In this document: positions 18,750-31,192 of the stretch, in pieces
Layout of the letters: each line of letters begins with the position of its first letter
Numbering within the stretch: position 1 is the stretch's first letter
From: Burkholderiales bacterium
GTDB lineage: Bacteria; Pseudomonadota; Gammaproteobacteria; Burkholderiales; JAEUOS01
Reading direction: 5' to 3'
NCBI GenBank assembly: GCA_947473125.1
Contig: CANJDH010000007.1
Location: 15,598 to 79,597 of the forward strand
DNA: 64,000 bases
Program-made: the position numbers and the translations under genes
Notes under the pieces: model-generated
The model's input: the letters and a program-made list of their open reading frames with translations, nothing else
Told to the model about the DNA's origin: nothing
Databases searched by the model: none

Positions 18750-20072
18750 TCACTTGAAATTGAGCATCACGCTCGGCAGCCAGGTCACCAGTTGCGGAAA
18801 CACCATGGCAATCACCAGCGTCACGCACTGCAAGATGATGAACGGCACCACACCTTTGTACATGTGGCTGATGGTGATGTCGATCGGCGCCACTGCGCGC
18901 AGATAGAAGATGGCCGGCGCCATTGGTGGCGTGAGGTACGAGGTCTGGATCATGATCAGGAACAGGATGCAGAACCATACCGGGTCGAACCCGGCGGCCT
19001 TGATCAGCGGCGTGAACAACGGCACGAAGATCAGCACAATCGAGATCCAGTCAAGGAAGAAGCCGGCAATGAAGATGATGAACATCATCAGTCCGAGCAG
19101 CATCCACGGCGACAGCGCCATCTTGTTGATCAGGATGCTCGCGGTGTTGATGCCGCCGCCGCCGATGAAGACGCCGGTGAACAGGGTGCCAGCCAGCAGC
19201 ACCGTCATGATCATGGTGGTGATCTTGAGGGTCTTGATCAGCGCGTCGTACATGCCGGCCCATTTGAAGCGGCCATAGAGAATCGTCAAGCCGACCGACG
19301 CGAGCGCGCCGATGGCGGCGGCTTCGGTGGGCGAAGCCCAGCCGAACAGAATCGAGCCGAGCACTGCAAAGATCATGAACAGTGGCGGTACCAGATTGCG
19401 GGTGCTGATCCAGAGTTTTTCGGTGAAGCTCGGGTCGCCCGGCTCCGGTGGTATGCGCGGCCCCATCTCGGGTTTGATGGTGCAGAGCACGAAGATGTAG
19501 ATCAGATACAGACCCGCCATGATGAGGCCGGGGAACACCATGCCGTAGAGCAGGTCGCCGACCGACACGTTGGCGAGCGGCCCCATCACTACCGCGACCA
19601 CCGAGGGCGGGATGATGGTGCCCAGGGAACCGCCAGCGCAAATGGACCCCGAGATCAAGGGCTTGTCATACTTGTAACGCAGCATGATGGGAATGGTGAG
19701 CAACCCCACCACCGACTCGGTCGCGCCGATCACGCCGCTGGATGCCGCGAAAATGATGCACATGCAGATGGTCGCGAGCGCGAGGCCGCCGGGCAGGCGC
19801 CGGGTCCAAATGTGGATCGCCTCAAACAGTTTGTCGGCAATGCCCGATTTCTCCAGCATCGACCCCATGAACACAAACAGGGGCACCGCGGCGAACACGA
19901 AGTTGGACGAGATGTCTTCGATCTTCTCGATGAACTGGAAGATCACCTTGTCACCGAAGATGACGAGGCCAAACAGCACGGCCGTCATCATCATCGCGAA
20001 GGCGACGTGAATGCCGAGGAACATCAACGTGAACGCGACCGGCAGCATGAAAAAGGGCAGGATGTCGATCAT
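18750..20072 (-). CDS. TRAP transporter large permease (DctM)
   Basis: AVPLFVFMG, GGSLGTIIPPS, SYLTPP; about 12 TM helices. Start at ATG 20072. Confidence 0.93.
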   Translation of the reverse strand: MIDILPFFMLPVAFTLMFLGIHVAFAMMMTAVLFGLVIFGDKVIFQFIEKIEDISSNFVFAAVPLFVFMGSMLEKSGIADKLFEAIHIWTRRLPGGLALATICMCIIFAASSGVIGATESVVGLLTIPIMLRYKYDKPLISGSICAGGSLGTIIPPSVVAVVMGPLANVSVGDLLYGMVFPGLIMAGLYLIYIFVLCTIKPEMGPRIPPEPGDPSFTEKLWISTRNLVPPLFMIFAVLGSILFGWASPTEAAAIGALASVGLTILYGRFKWAGMYDALIKTLKITTMIMTVLLAGTLFTGVFIGGGGINTASILINKMALSPWMLLGLMMFIIFIAGFFLDWISIVLIFVPLFTPLIKAAGFDPVWFCILFLIMIQTSYLTPPMAPAIFYLRAVAPIDITISHMYKGVVPFIILQCVTLVIAMVFPQLVTWLPSVMLNFK

Positions 20073-20626
20073 GCCGTTCCCCCGCCGGCGTTGGACACTT
20101 TCTGGCTGGCAGATGCATCCGACCCGCCCGTCGTCTCGCCACGAATCTTGCGAATGGTCTTGATGATCTCGGCCACGATCTGCAACGCCAGCAGCGTGAA
20201 CGCCACCAGAAACACAATGCGAAACGGCCACACCGGCAGATTCATCGCCGACTGGCCACTGTGTTCATTGCGTGTGTAGCCGGTGACCAGATGTCCGAAC
20301 AAGGCATAGGTGAGCCACAGCATCAGCGGCAGAATGATGGTGTAGGCCGCCAGATCAATGATCGCGCGCGTGCGCCCGGAGAACTTGGCGCTGAAGATGT
20401 CAATACGGATGTGCTCGCCGCATTGCAGGGTGTAAGCCATGCCAAGCAGGAAGTGCGAACCGGTCAGGATGTAACCCACCTCATAGGCCCAGATGGTGGG
20501 CGCGTCCATGACGTAACGCGCGACCACTTCGTAGCAGGTAGCCAGCACCAGCGGTACGAGTGCGAACGACGCCAGAATGCCGAGGCTGCCGGTGACCCGT
20601 TCGATGTTTTTGATGAAGCCGTCCAA
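20069..20626 (-). CDS. TRAP transporter small permease (DctQ)
   Basis: YEVVARY...PTIWAYE, HIRIDIF; 4 TM helices; TTG start. Confidence 0.92.
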   Translation of the reverse strand: MDGFIKNIERVTGSLGILASFALVPLVLATCYEVVARYVMDAPTIWAYEVGYILTGSHFLLGMAYTLQCGEHIRIDIFSAKFSGRTRAIIDLAAYTIILPLMLWLTYALFGHLVTGYTRNEHSGQSAMNLPVWPFRIVFLVAFTLLALQIVAEIIKTIRKIRGETTGGSDASASQKVSNAGGGTA

Positions 20627-20658
20627 GGTGCTTGTCTCCGGTGATGGCTACGCAGGCC

Positions 20659-20693
20659 AAAAAAGAAGATGGGACGCGCAAGCGCCCCATCTT
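20659..20693 (-). terminator. Hairpin plus U-tract after dctP (terminator or mRNA-stabilising stem)
   Basis: Minus strand AAGATGGGGCGC-TTGC-GCGTCCCATCTT followed by CTTTTTT. Confidence 0.7.
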
Positions 20694-20708
20694 GGGTCAT
20701 TGCCGGGG

Positions 20709-21776
20709 TCAGGATTTGATTTTGACAGTGCGCCAGCCTGATGCGCCCTTCCACAGCGCGTCCAGTTCCTTCTGGCTTTCGAACACCTTGGCAAAGTGCG
20801 GGTACTTGCCCTCCTTGGCCGTCTTTTCGGCCCAGTCGAGCCCGATCTTGCGGCCCGCGTACTGCACTTCGGGCGCCAGCTCGATGATGGTATTGCCGGC
20901 CTTGCGATAGAACTCGAGGGCCTTGGCGTCTTCCTGCCCGACCTTGAGCCAGCTTTCGAACGTGACCAGCTTGGCCACCGTCTCCATGAGCTTCTTGTCG
21001 GCATCGGAGAGCTTGGCCCACGCATCCTTGTTGACGCATAGCTCGAACGGCGCGGTCGGCTGGTGCACGCCGGGGTAGATGATGTACTTGGCGACCTTGT
21101 GGAAGCCCATCGAGATGTTTTCGTAGAGCGTGCCCCACTCGGTGGCATCGATCGCGCCGCGCTCGAGCATCGGGTAAACGTCGCCGCCGGCGGTGGTGAC
21201 CGGCGCCGCGCCCAGGCCCTTGGCCATCTCCAGCCAGGCGCCTGCAGTGCGCAGCTTGAGGCCCTTCAGGTCGGCCAGGGTCTTGACCGGCTTGCGCGAG
21301 TGAAGGAAGGCTTCCGCAGTGCGAATGAACAGCGGCAGAGAGACAATGCCTTCGGTTTCATCGCGAAACTTGCGCTGCATGTCCATGCCGCCGGCTTCGT
21401 AAATCCAGTGCAGCATGCGCTCGGTGTCGAACGAGCCAGCATAGCCTCCGAACAGCACGGTGGTCGGGTCCTTGCCCCAGTCGTAACCCATCCAGGTGTG
21501 GCCCAGTTCGGCAACGCCGTTCTTGACCGTTTCGGGCACCTTGAGCGCGTTGCCCAGCGCCCCTCCCGGAAACACCTGGATCTTGATGCGCCCGCCGGAA
21601 AACTGCTCCATTTTTTCGGCGAAGGCCTTCGAGCCGATGTCCATCAGCGGCCCGCCGCCCCACCCGGTAGCCATCTTCCAGTTGACGCTGGCGCCCTGCG
21701 CGTTGGCGGCCGCCGGCACCGCGAGCGCCGCGGCTGCGGCACTGATCTTGAGGAAGTCTCGTTTTTGCATGGTCAT
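20709..21776 (-). CDS. TRAP transporter substrate-binding protein (DctP/TakP-like)
   Basis: Tat-like MQKRDFLK leader, WKMATGW, SGGRIKIQVFPGG, DLKGLKLRTAG, LERGAIDATEW. Confidence 0.92.
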   Translation of the reverse strand: MTMQKRDFLKISAAAAALAVPAAANAQGASVNWKMATGWGGGPLMDIGSKAFAEKMEQFSGGRIKIQVFPGGALGNALKVPETVKNGVAELGHTWMGYDWGKDPTTVLFGGYAGSFDTERMLHWIYEAGGMDMQRKFRDETEGIVSLPLFIRTAEAFLHSRKPVKTLADLKGLKLRTAGAWLEMAKGLGAAPVTTAGGDVYPMLERGAIDATEWGTLYENISMGFHKVAKYIIYPGVHQPTAPFELCVNKDAWAKLSDADKKLMETVAKLVTFESWLKVGQEDAKALEFYRKAGNTIIELAPEVQYAGRKIGLDWAEKTAKEGKYPHFAKVFESQKELDALWKGASGWRTVKIKS

Positions 21777-21837
21777 TGTCTGGTCTCCTGGGTCCTTGGG
21801 TGGGAATACCTTTTTGGTCCGGCTGCTTTTTGTGCTT

Positions 21838-22605
21838 TCAGGCCGGCTGCTGGCCAAGCTGCAGTTCTTTTTCCGAGTGTCGTGCGATGGCCTCTTTGAG
21901 TTCGGGCTTGATGAATTTTTCGCTGTAGCCGTTGAACACGTGCCCGAGCAGCCCGCGATTGAGGTCGCTGGTGCCCATCACCCAGTCGGCGATCGGGAAG
22001 GTCAGGTTCATGTTGATGTCCATCATGATGCCCTTGTTGTGGTGGGCGGTATGGTGGCGCCGGATCGTGTTGACGAAGGGCAGGTTGCGCACAAACCAGT
22101 TTTCATGGACGTGACAGCAGTAATGGAAGGTTTCGTAGATCAGGTACTGCCCGACCATCGTTACGAGCAGGATGTAGCCGGCGTTCGGGTTGACAAGCTG
22201 GGCGAGAATCAGGCCGAAGGGGATGCCCATGCCGATGAAGGTGAACAGCGCGCGCCAGGGAAAAAAGATGATGCGAAATTCGCGCGAGGAATCGACCGTC
22301 ATCACCCCGTCGGTGAAATACTGGTGGTGCTGGCGGGTGTGCCTGTCGTAGATCGCGCGCAGGGCCCAGACGTCAATCAGGCGGTGCATCACATATTTGT
22401 GGATCCACCATTCAAACAGGTTGGAGACGAAAAACACCGGGATGACCAGCAGCCACTCCCAGCTGGCGCCCTGCAACTGCGAGACGCAAAAGGCAATCGT
22501 CGCCAGACCGACCGCGTAGATCACGCCGATATGGACAAACCCGTTGTAGAGCGGGTGGATTTGCGCCTGGTAGTCGGCGCGAAACTGGCGTTGCCGTTCC
22601 TGCAT
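21838..22605 (-). CDS. Fatty acid hydroxylase / sterol desaturase family protein
   Basis: His motifs HKYVMH, HTRQHH, HYCCH, RHHTAHH; hydrophobic helices. Start at ATG 22605. Confidence 0.85.
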   Translation of the reverse strand: MQERQRQFRADYQAQIHPLYNGFVHIGVIYAVGLATIAFCVSQLQGASWEWLLVIPVFFVSNLFEWWIHKYVMHRLIDVWALRAIYDRHTRQHHQYFTDGVMTVDSSREFRIIFFPWRALFTFIGMGIPFGLILAQLVNPNAGYILLVTMVGQYLIYETFHYCCHVHENWFVRNLPFVNTIRRHHTAHHNKGIMMDINMNLTFPIADWVMGTSDLNRGLLGHVFNGYSEKFIKPELKEAIARHSEKELQLGQQPA

Positions 22606-22671
22606 GTGAGTCCTCCTGTCAAGCCCACGGGTTGCGCACGGCAGCGGCAGCCGGTACCAACCGAATAGGGG

Positions 22672-22701
22672 ATTCTGATATATCAACAGTATATTTGTCA
22701 A
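22672..22701 (-). promoter_or_regulatory. Sigma70-type promoter overlapped by a putative GntR operator
   Basis: Minus strand TTGACA (22701-22696), 18 nt, CAGAAT (22677-22672); palindrome TGATATATCA at 22676-22685. Confidence 0.65.
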
Positions 22702-22748
22702 GGCAACCCTGTGCCGCACGGCACAAGAAAGGGCGCGGGCCGGCGCCG

Positions 22749-23444
22749 CTAAAAATCGGTGCTGACGGTGGCGCGCGTAAACGCCTCGATGTTGTCGAGC
22801 AAGCGGTCCATGGCGGCGGCGGCGGCGGCTTCATCGCCGCCCGCAATGGCGCGCGCAATGTCGGCATGCAACTTGGCGGTCTGCGGCATGTCGGCCGCCT
22901 GCTTGTAGTGCAGGTACCAGAAGCGGCGCGACAACGCGTGCATCAGGCCCATTGCGCCCGCGGCAAACTCGTTGTGCGCCGCTTCGGCCGACAACTCGTT
23001 GAATTCACGATCGACGCGGATGAACGCTACCTCGTCGTTGCCGCGCGCGCTCTTGACGAAATCGCGTGCGATGCCGGCGAAACGTTCGCGTTCCTCAGGG
23101 GTGGCACGTCGCGCCGCGCTGCGCGCCACCAGCCGCTCCACCTCGCGGCGCACCTCGAGCAGGCGCAGCTGCCCCTTGACGTTGATCTCGGAGACGATGA
23201 TGCCGCGCCGCGGCAATATGGTGACCAGCCGTTCGCGCGCAAGGCGCTGCAAGGCTTCGCGGATCGGCGTGCGGCCAATGTCGAGGCGTTGCGACAACTC
23301 GGCTTCCGATACGGCGCTCCCCGGTTTGAGGCGCAGCGTGACGATCAGCTCTTCGAGTTCGCCATAGGCGCGGTCGGTCAGGCTTGGAGCGGTTGGCGCG
23401 AGGGCCGGTTGGCTGCGGCGTTCCTTGGCTGGCTTTGAAGGCAT
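22749..23444 (-). CDS. GntR-family regulator (FCD domain)
   Basis: SLTDRAYGELEELIVTLRLKPG, SRTPIREAL-like GRTPIREALQRL, FCD-type C-terminus. Start moved to ATG 23444. Confidence 0.93.
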   Translation of the reverse strand: MPSKPAKERRSQPALAPTAPSLTDRAYGELEELIVTLRLKPGSAVSEAELSQRLDIGRTPIREALQRLARERLVTILPRRGIIVSEINVKGQLRLLEVRREVERLVARSAARRATPEERERFAGIARDFVKSARGNDEVAFIRVDREFNELSAEAAHNEFAAGAMGLMHALSRRFWYLHYKQAADMPQTAKLHADIARAIAGGDEAAAAAAMDRLLDNIEAFTRATVSTDF

Positions 23445-23510
23445 AGGTTGTTGTCGCGCGATGCAGTGCGCAAACATCAAATGGGCTGATGGGTCCGTTG
23501 ATCGCCAAAC

Positions 23511-23531
23511 TGATATGCAATTAGTATATCA
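23511..23531 (-). promoter_or_regulatory. Putative GntR autoregulatory operator
   Basis: TGATAT-N9-ATATCA; 14/20 identical to the site at 22676-22695. Confidence 0.55.
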
Positions 23532-23601
23532 ATGGCCCCACGCTTTTCGCGCACCGCATCCAGCGGCCGGGGCGCGCGGGGCGGGGCGCAAGAATCGCAC
23601 T

Positions 23602-23631
23602 TGCTACAATTGACGTTAACGTAAACGTCAA
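23602..23631 (+). promoter_or_regulatory. Extended -10 promoter followed by a LiuR-type operator
   Basis: TGCTACAAT (23602-23610), then palindrome TTGACGTT-AACGTA-AACGTCAA (23610-23631) with ACGT at 6-bp spacing, matching the LiuR motif type found upstream of liu operons. Confidence 0.8.
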
Positions 23632-23657
23632 CCAACATCACGCCTGCAGGCATCGCC

Positions 23658-25277
<1,620 letters not shown>

Positions 25278-25285
25278 GGCCGGGC

Positions 25286-26212
25286 ATGCTGCGTTTGCTC
25301 GTCCTGATGTCAATGGCCGCTGCCGCCTGTAGCATGGCTTTTGCGGCATCGCAGGACATCGTGGTTGACGCCGTCGACGCCAACGGCGCCGCCGTCAACG
25401 AAGCCGTGTGCGACATCGTCAACCGCGGCGGCACCTGGCGCATCGTCACCCCGGCTGTCGCGCAGATCATCCCGACCGGAGACTGGCTGCAGGTCAAGTG
25501 CGCGAAGGGTTTTGAGCTCGCCGGCACCTCGACTACGATCGACACCAACGGGCTTGCGCCGCGCCGCGCTGCGGCGCCCGGTTTCGCTCGAGAGGTGGGT
25601 GGTGCGCCGCAGGCGGCAAGGGTGCGCGTGGTTCTGCGCGACATGACCGGCGCGCCGCCCAAGCCGGCGGCGCAGACCCAGATTGCGCAGGCAGCGGCCC
25701 TGCCCGCATTCGTGCCCAAACCGCAGGTACGCGCAGAACCACTCGCGCCGGTCGCCGAGCCCGTCGTCATCGCAGTCAAACCGGCCGATGCTCCGGCCAA
25801 GGCCGCCGCGTCGCCTGCGCTGGTTGCCGGGGCAGCCGCACCACTGACACCACTGACACCACTGACACCACCAACACCACCGGCGTCGCCAGTGCCAACA
25901 GTGGCGGCAATCTCCGTGGTTGCTGCACTCGCGCCAGCGCGCGAGCAGACTGTCGTTGTCGCCACAACCGCCAGAGACTTCTACGATGTCAAGGCGGTCC
26001 CGTTCCTGGGAGCGGAAGGGCGTACCGCCTACGCCAACTTTCTCGTCTATCCGTTGCCGCGCGCGTTCGCCATTTCAAGGGCAGGCGGATGGGGCTGGGG
26101 AGTGCGCGGCGCCGACGCGCGCAGGCTCGCGCTCGACAATTGCGAACGGCGCGGCGGCCCGTGCGAAATTTATGCCGCAGACAAGCTCGTTGTCTGGGCT
26201 GGCAGCCCCTGA
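25286..26212 (+). CDS. Hypothetical secreted protein (signal peptide, Cys-pair N-domain, Pro/Ala linker, Cys-pair C-domain)
   Basis: 308-aa ORF fills the gap between liuB and liuC on the same strand (8-nt and 21-nt gaps); hydrophobic leader ending AFA. Confidence 0.75.
   Translation: MLRLLVLMSMAAAACSMAFAASQDIVVDAVDANGAAVNEAVCDIVNRGGTWRIVTPAVAQIIPTGDWLQVKCAKGFELAGTSTTIDTNGLAPRRAAAPGFAREVGGAPQAARVRVVLRDMTGAPPKPAAQTQIAQAAALPAFVPKPQVRAEPLAPVAEPVVIAVKPADAPAKAAASPALVAGAAAPLTPLTPLTPPTPPASPVPTVAAISVVAALAPAREQTVVVATTARDFYDVKAVPFLGAEGRTAYANFLVYPLPRAFAISRAGGWGWGVRGADARRLALDNCERRGGPCEIYAADKLVVWAGSP
25841..25876 (+). repeat. 9-bp tandem repeat CCACTGACA x3 plus a degenerate copy (PLT-PLT-PLT-PPT)
   Basis: Seen directly at 25841-25867, then CCACCAACA. 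Confidence 0.9.
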
Positions 26213-26233
26213 ACGCCAACACTGGAGACCACC

Positions 26234-27043
26234 ATGAAATACCAGACCCTTGAACTCGAAGTCATGAACCATGTGGGCATCATCTGGTTCAACCGGCCGG
26301 AAATCCGCAATGCGCTCAACGACACCGTCCTCAAGGAAATCAGCATCGCGCTCAAGGCGATGGAAAAGGATGCCGGCGTGCGCGCCGTCTGTCTGGCCGG
26401 GCGCGGCCCGGCCTTCTGCGCCGGCGCCGACCTCAACTGGATGAAAAAGGCGTCCGGCTACTCGAAGGCGCAAAACCTGAAAGATGCCAAGGTGGGCCTC
26501 GCCGACATGCTGTACCAGCTGCACACCTTGAAGAAACCCACTGTTGCGCGCATCCACGGCCCGGCCTATGCGGGCGGCATGGGCTTTGTCGCGGCATGCG
26601 ACATCGCGGTTGCCTCGATGGATGCAAGCTTTTGCCTCTCCGAGACCAAACTTGGCCTGATCCCGGCGACCATCAGCCCCTATGTGATCCGTGCCATGGG
26701 TGAGCGCATGGCATCGCGCTACTTCCTGACGGCAGAACGCTTCGATGCCGCCGAGGCTTACCGCATCGGCTTCGTCCACGAACTGGTTCCGCCGGTCGAA
26801 CTTGATGCCAAGGTCAACGAAATACTTGGCTACCTGATCCAGGCCGGCCCGCGCGCGCTGGCGGAATCGAAGAAGCTCATCACCTTGTCGGGCGGCACCA
26901 AACTCACGCCGGCGGTGCGCACCGAAACCGCCAAGCGCATCGCCGAGACGCGCGCCTCGGCCGAAGGCCGCGAAGGCATCGCGTCGTTTCTGGAAAAGCG
27001 CAAGCCGAAATGGGTCACCGACCTGAAACTGGACCAGACCTGA
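26234..27043 (+). CDS. liuC: Methylglutaconyl-CoA hydratase (crotonase family)
   Basis: NRPEIRNALN, FCAGADLNWM, GGMGFVAACD, LSETKLGLIPATISPYV; liu operon context. Confidence 0.9.
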   Translation: MKYQTLELEVMNHVGIIWFNRPEIRNALNDTVLKEISIALKAMEKDAGVRAVCLAGRGPAFCAGADLNWMKKASGYSKAQNLKDAKVGLADMLYQLHTLKKPTVARIHGPAYAGGMGFVAACDIAVASMDASFCLSETKLGLIPATISPYVIRAMGERMASRYFLTAERFDAAEAYRIGFVHELVPPVELDAKVNEILGYLIQAGPRALAESKKLITLSGGTKLTPAVRTETAKRIAETRASAEGREGIASFLEKRKPKWVTDLKLDQT

Positions 27044-27056
27044 AGGTTGACAAACC

Positions 27057-29071
<2,015 letters not shown>

Positions 29072-29075
<4 letters not shown>

Positions 29076-30010
29076 ACATCCTGTTCTATACGATCGACCC
29101 CGACCCGCCGCGCTGGGTCGAAGTGCTGCAGCAGGCCTTGCCCGGCGCGACCATTGCCACTTACCCGGACGGTGCCGGCATGCAGGCCGATTACGCGGTG
29201 TGCTGGAAACCGCCGGCCGATTTTTTCAACGGGCAGCAACGCATCAGGGCCGTCTTCAATGTTGCGGCGGGCGTGGATTTCATTCTGGCGCACCCGGCGC
29301 TGCAGCAAGGCTACTTGCGCGACGTGCCGATCAGTCGCCTGGGCGACGCCGGCATGGCGGCGCAAATGGAGGAATATGTGCTGGCGGCCGCGTTGCGCTG
29401 GCAGCGCAAGCTTGACACCTACGCGACGCAGCAATGCAACGGCGTCTGGAAGATGTTGGGCCCGAAGAAGCGGGACCGCGTCACCGTCGGCGTGCTCGGG
29501 CTCGGCGTGCTCGGCACCCATGTGGCCCAGGGCATGCATCGTTTTGGCTACCGGGCCGCGGGCTGGAGCCGCAGCGCCAGGCTGGTCGACGGAGTCGATT
29601 GCCATCACGGCGCCCAGGGCCTGCGCGATTTCCTGGCAGGCACCGATGTACTGGTGTGCCTGCTACCCCTGACCGAGGACACGCGCGGCATCCTCAATCG
29701 CACCAACCTCACACAATTGCCGCAGGGCGCCCACGTGGTCAACATCGGCCGTGGCGCACACTTGGTCGAGGCGGATTTGCTGGCCCTGCTGGACGCAGGC
29801 CATCTCGGCGGCGCCACGCTCGACGTCTTTCCGGAGGAGCCCTTGCCGGCGACGAGCGCGCTGTGGGCGCATCCGCGCGTGCTGATCACCCCGCATGTGT
29901 CGGCCAGCACGCTGCGCGAGGAATCGATGCTGCAAATCGCCGAGAAGATCCGCGCCTTCGAGCGCGGTGCGGCGCTGACCGATCTGGTTGATCGCCAGCG
30001 CGGCTATTGA
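29072..30010 (+). CDS. D-2-hydroxyacid dehydrogenase (GhrA-like)
   Basis: AAGVD, VGVLGLGVLG, LLPLT, NIGRG, LDVFPEEP, TPHVS; GTG start overlaps the liuD stop. Confidence 0.9.
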
Positions 30011-30020
30011 GGAGCAGGCC

Positions 30021-30959
30021 ATGACACTCCCATCCAAAGTGCGCATTGTCGATGTCGGCCCGCGCGACGGGCTGCAAAACGAAGCCCTGGTCGGCGGCGT
30101 ACCGGTTGCCACGGCGGTCAAGATCGAGCTGATCGAGCGTCTTGCCGCCGCCGGCTTGCCGGCGGTCGAGGCGACCGCTTTCGTGAGCCCGAAGTGGATC
30201 CCGCAGATGGCCGACCAGAGCGAGGTACTCAAGGGCATCCGCCGCAGGGCCGGCACGCGCTACCCGGTGCTGACGCCGAACCTCAAGGGCCTCGAAGCCG
30301 CGCTTGAGGCCGGCGCCGACGAGGTGGCGGTGTTCGGCGCGGCGTCGGAATCGTTTTCCCAACGCAATATCAACTGCTCGATCGCCGAAAGCCTGGAGCG
30401 CTTTGCGCCGGTGGTGCGGATGGCACAGCGCCACAACGTGGCAGTGCGCGGCTATGTGTCCTGCGTGGTCGCCTGCCCCTACGAAGGGGCGATCGCGCCG
30501 GCAGCCGTGGCAACGGTGGCCAGGGCCCTGTACGACCTGGGTTGCTATGAAGTATCCCTCGGCGACACCATTGGCGCGGGTACGCCGGGCAATGTGGCGC
30601 GCATGTTCGAAGCGGTGGCACGAGAGGTGCCGGTGCGACATCTGGCCGGGCACTTTCACGACACCTTCGGGATGGCGATCGCCAACATCCACGCATCGCT
30701 CGAGTTGGGCGTGGCGACCTTTGATGCGTCGGTGGCGGGCCTGGGCGGCTGCCCCTACGCCAAAGGCGCATCGGGCAACGTTGCCACCGAGGACGTGCTG
30801 TACCTCCTGCACGGGCTCGGCATCGACACCGGCGTAGACCTCGACATGGTGGTCGACGCGGGCCAGTTCATCTGCAAGGTCCTCGGCAAACTGCCGCAAT
30901 CGAAAGTCGCTTTGGCCACGCTCGCCAAACGACCGCCCATCGAGGTACACGGCGCATGA
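30021..30959 (+). CDS. liuE: Hydroxymethylglutaryl-CoA lyase
   Basis: VGPRDGLQNE, SLGDTIG, HFHDT, GLGGCPYAKGASGNVATED. Start at ATG 30021. Confidence 0.95.
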   Translation: MTLPSKVRIVDVGPRDGLQNEALVGGVPVATAVKIELIERLAAAGLPAVEATAFVSPKWIPQMADQSEVLKGIRRRAGTRYPVLTPNLKGLEAALEAGADEVAVFGAASESFSQRNINCSIAESLERFAPVVRMAQRHNVAVRGYVSCVVACPYEGAIAPAAVATVARALYDLGCYEVSLGDTIGAGTPGNVARMFEAVAREVPVRHLAGHFHDTFGMAIANIHASLELGVATFDASVAGLGGCPYAKGASGNVATEDVLYLLHGLGIDTGVDLDMVVDAGQFICKVLGKLPQSKVALATLAKRPPIEVHGA

Positions 30960-31192
30960 CCCAGCGCGATGCCCAGGCCTGGATCGACGTCGCCGCGCAG
31001 GCCAAAGTCGAGGACCCGACCCTGTCGCCGTGCATCGGCGTGTGTGCCATGGATGCCGCATCCGGCCTGTGCAAGGGTTGCCTGCGCTCGCTCGACGAGA
31101 TCGCCGCCTGGTCGTCTGCGAGCGAAACGCAACGACGCGCCATCAAGGCCACGCTGCCGCAGCGCCGCAGCCTGATCCTTGACGTCCCATGA
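30956..31192 (+). CDS. DUF1289-family small Cys-rich protein
   Basis: SPCIGVC...CKGCLRSLDEIAAW. Confidence 0.88.
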   Translation: MTQRDAQAWIDVAAQAKVEDPTLSPCIGVCAMDAASGLCKGCLRSLDEIAAWSSASETQRRAIKATLPQRRSLILDVP

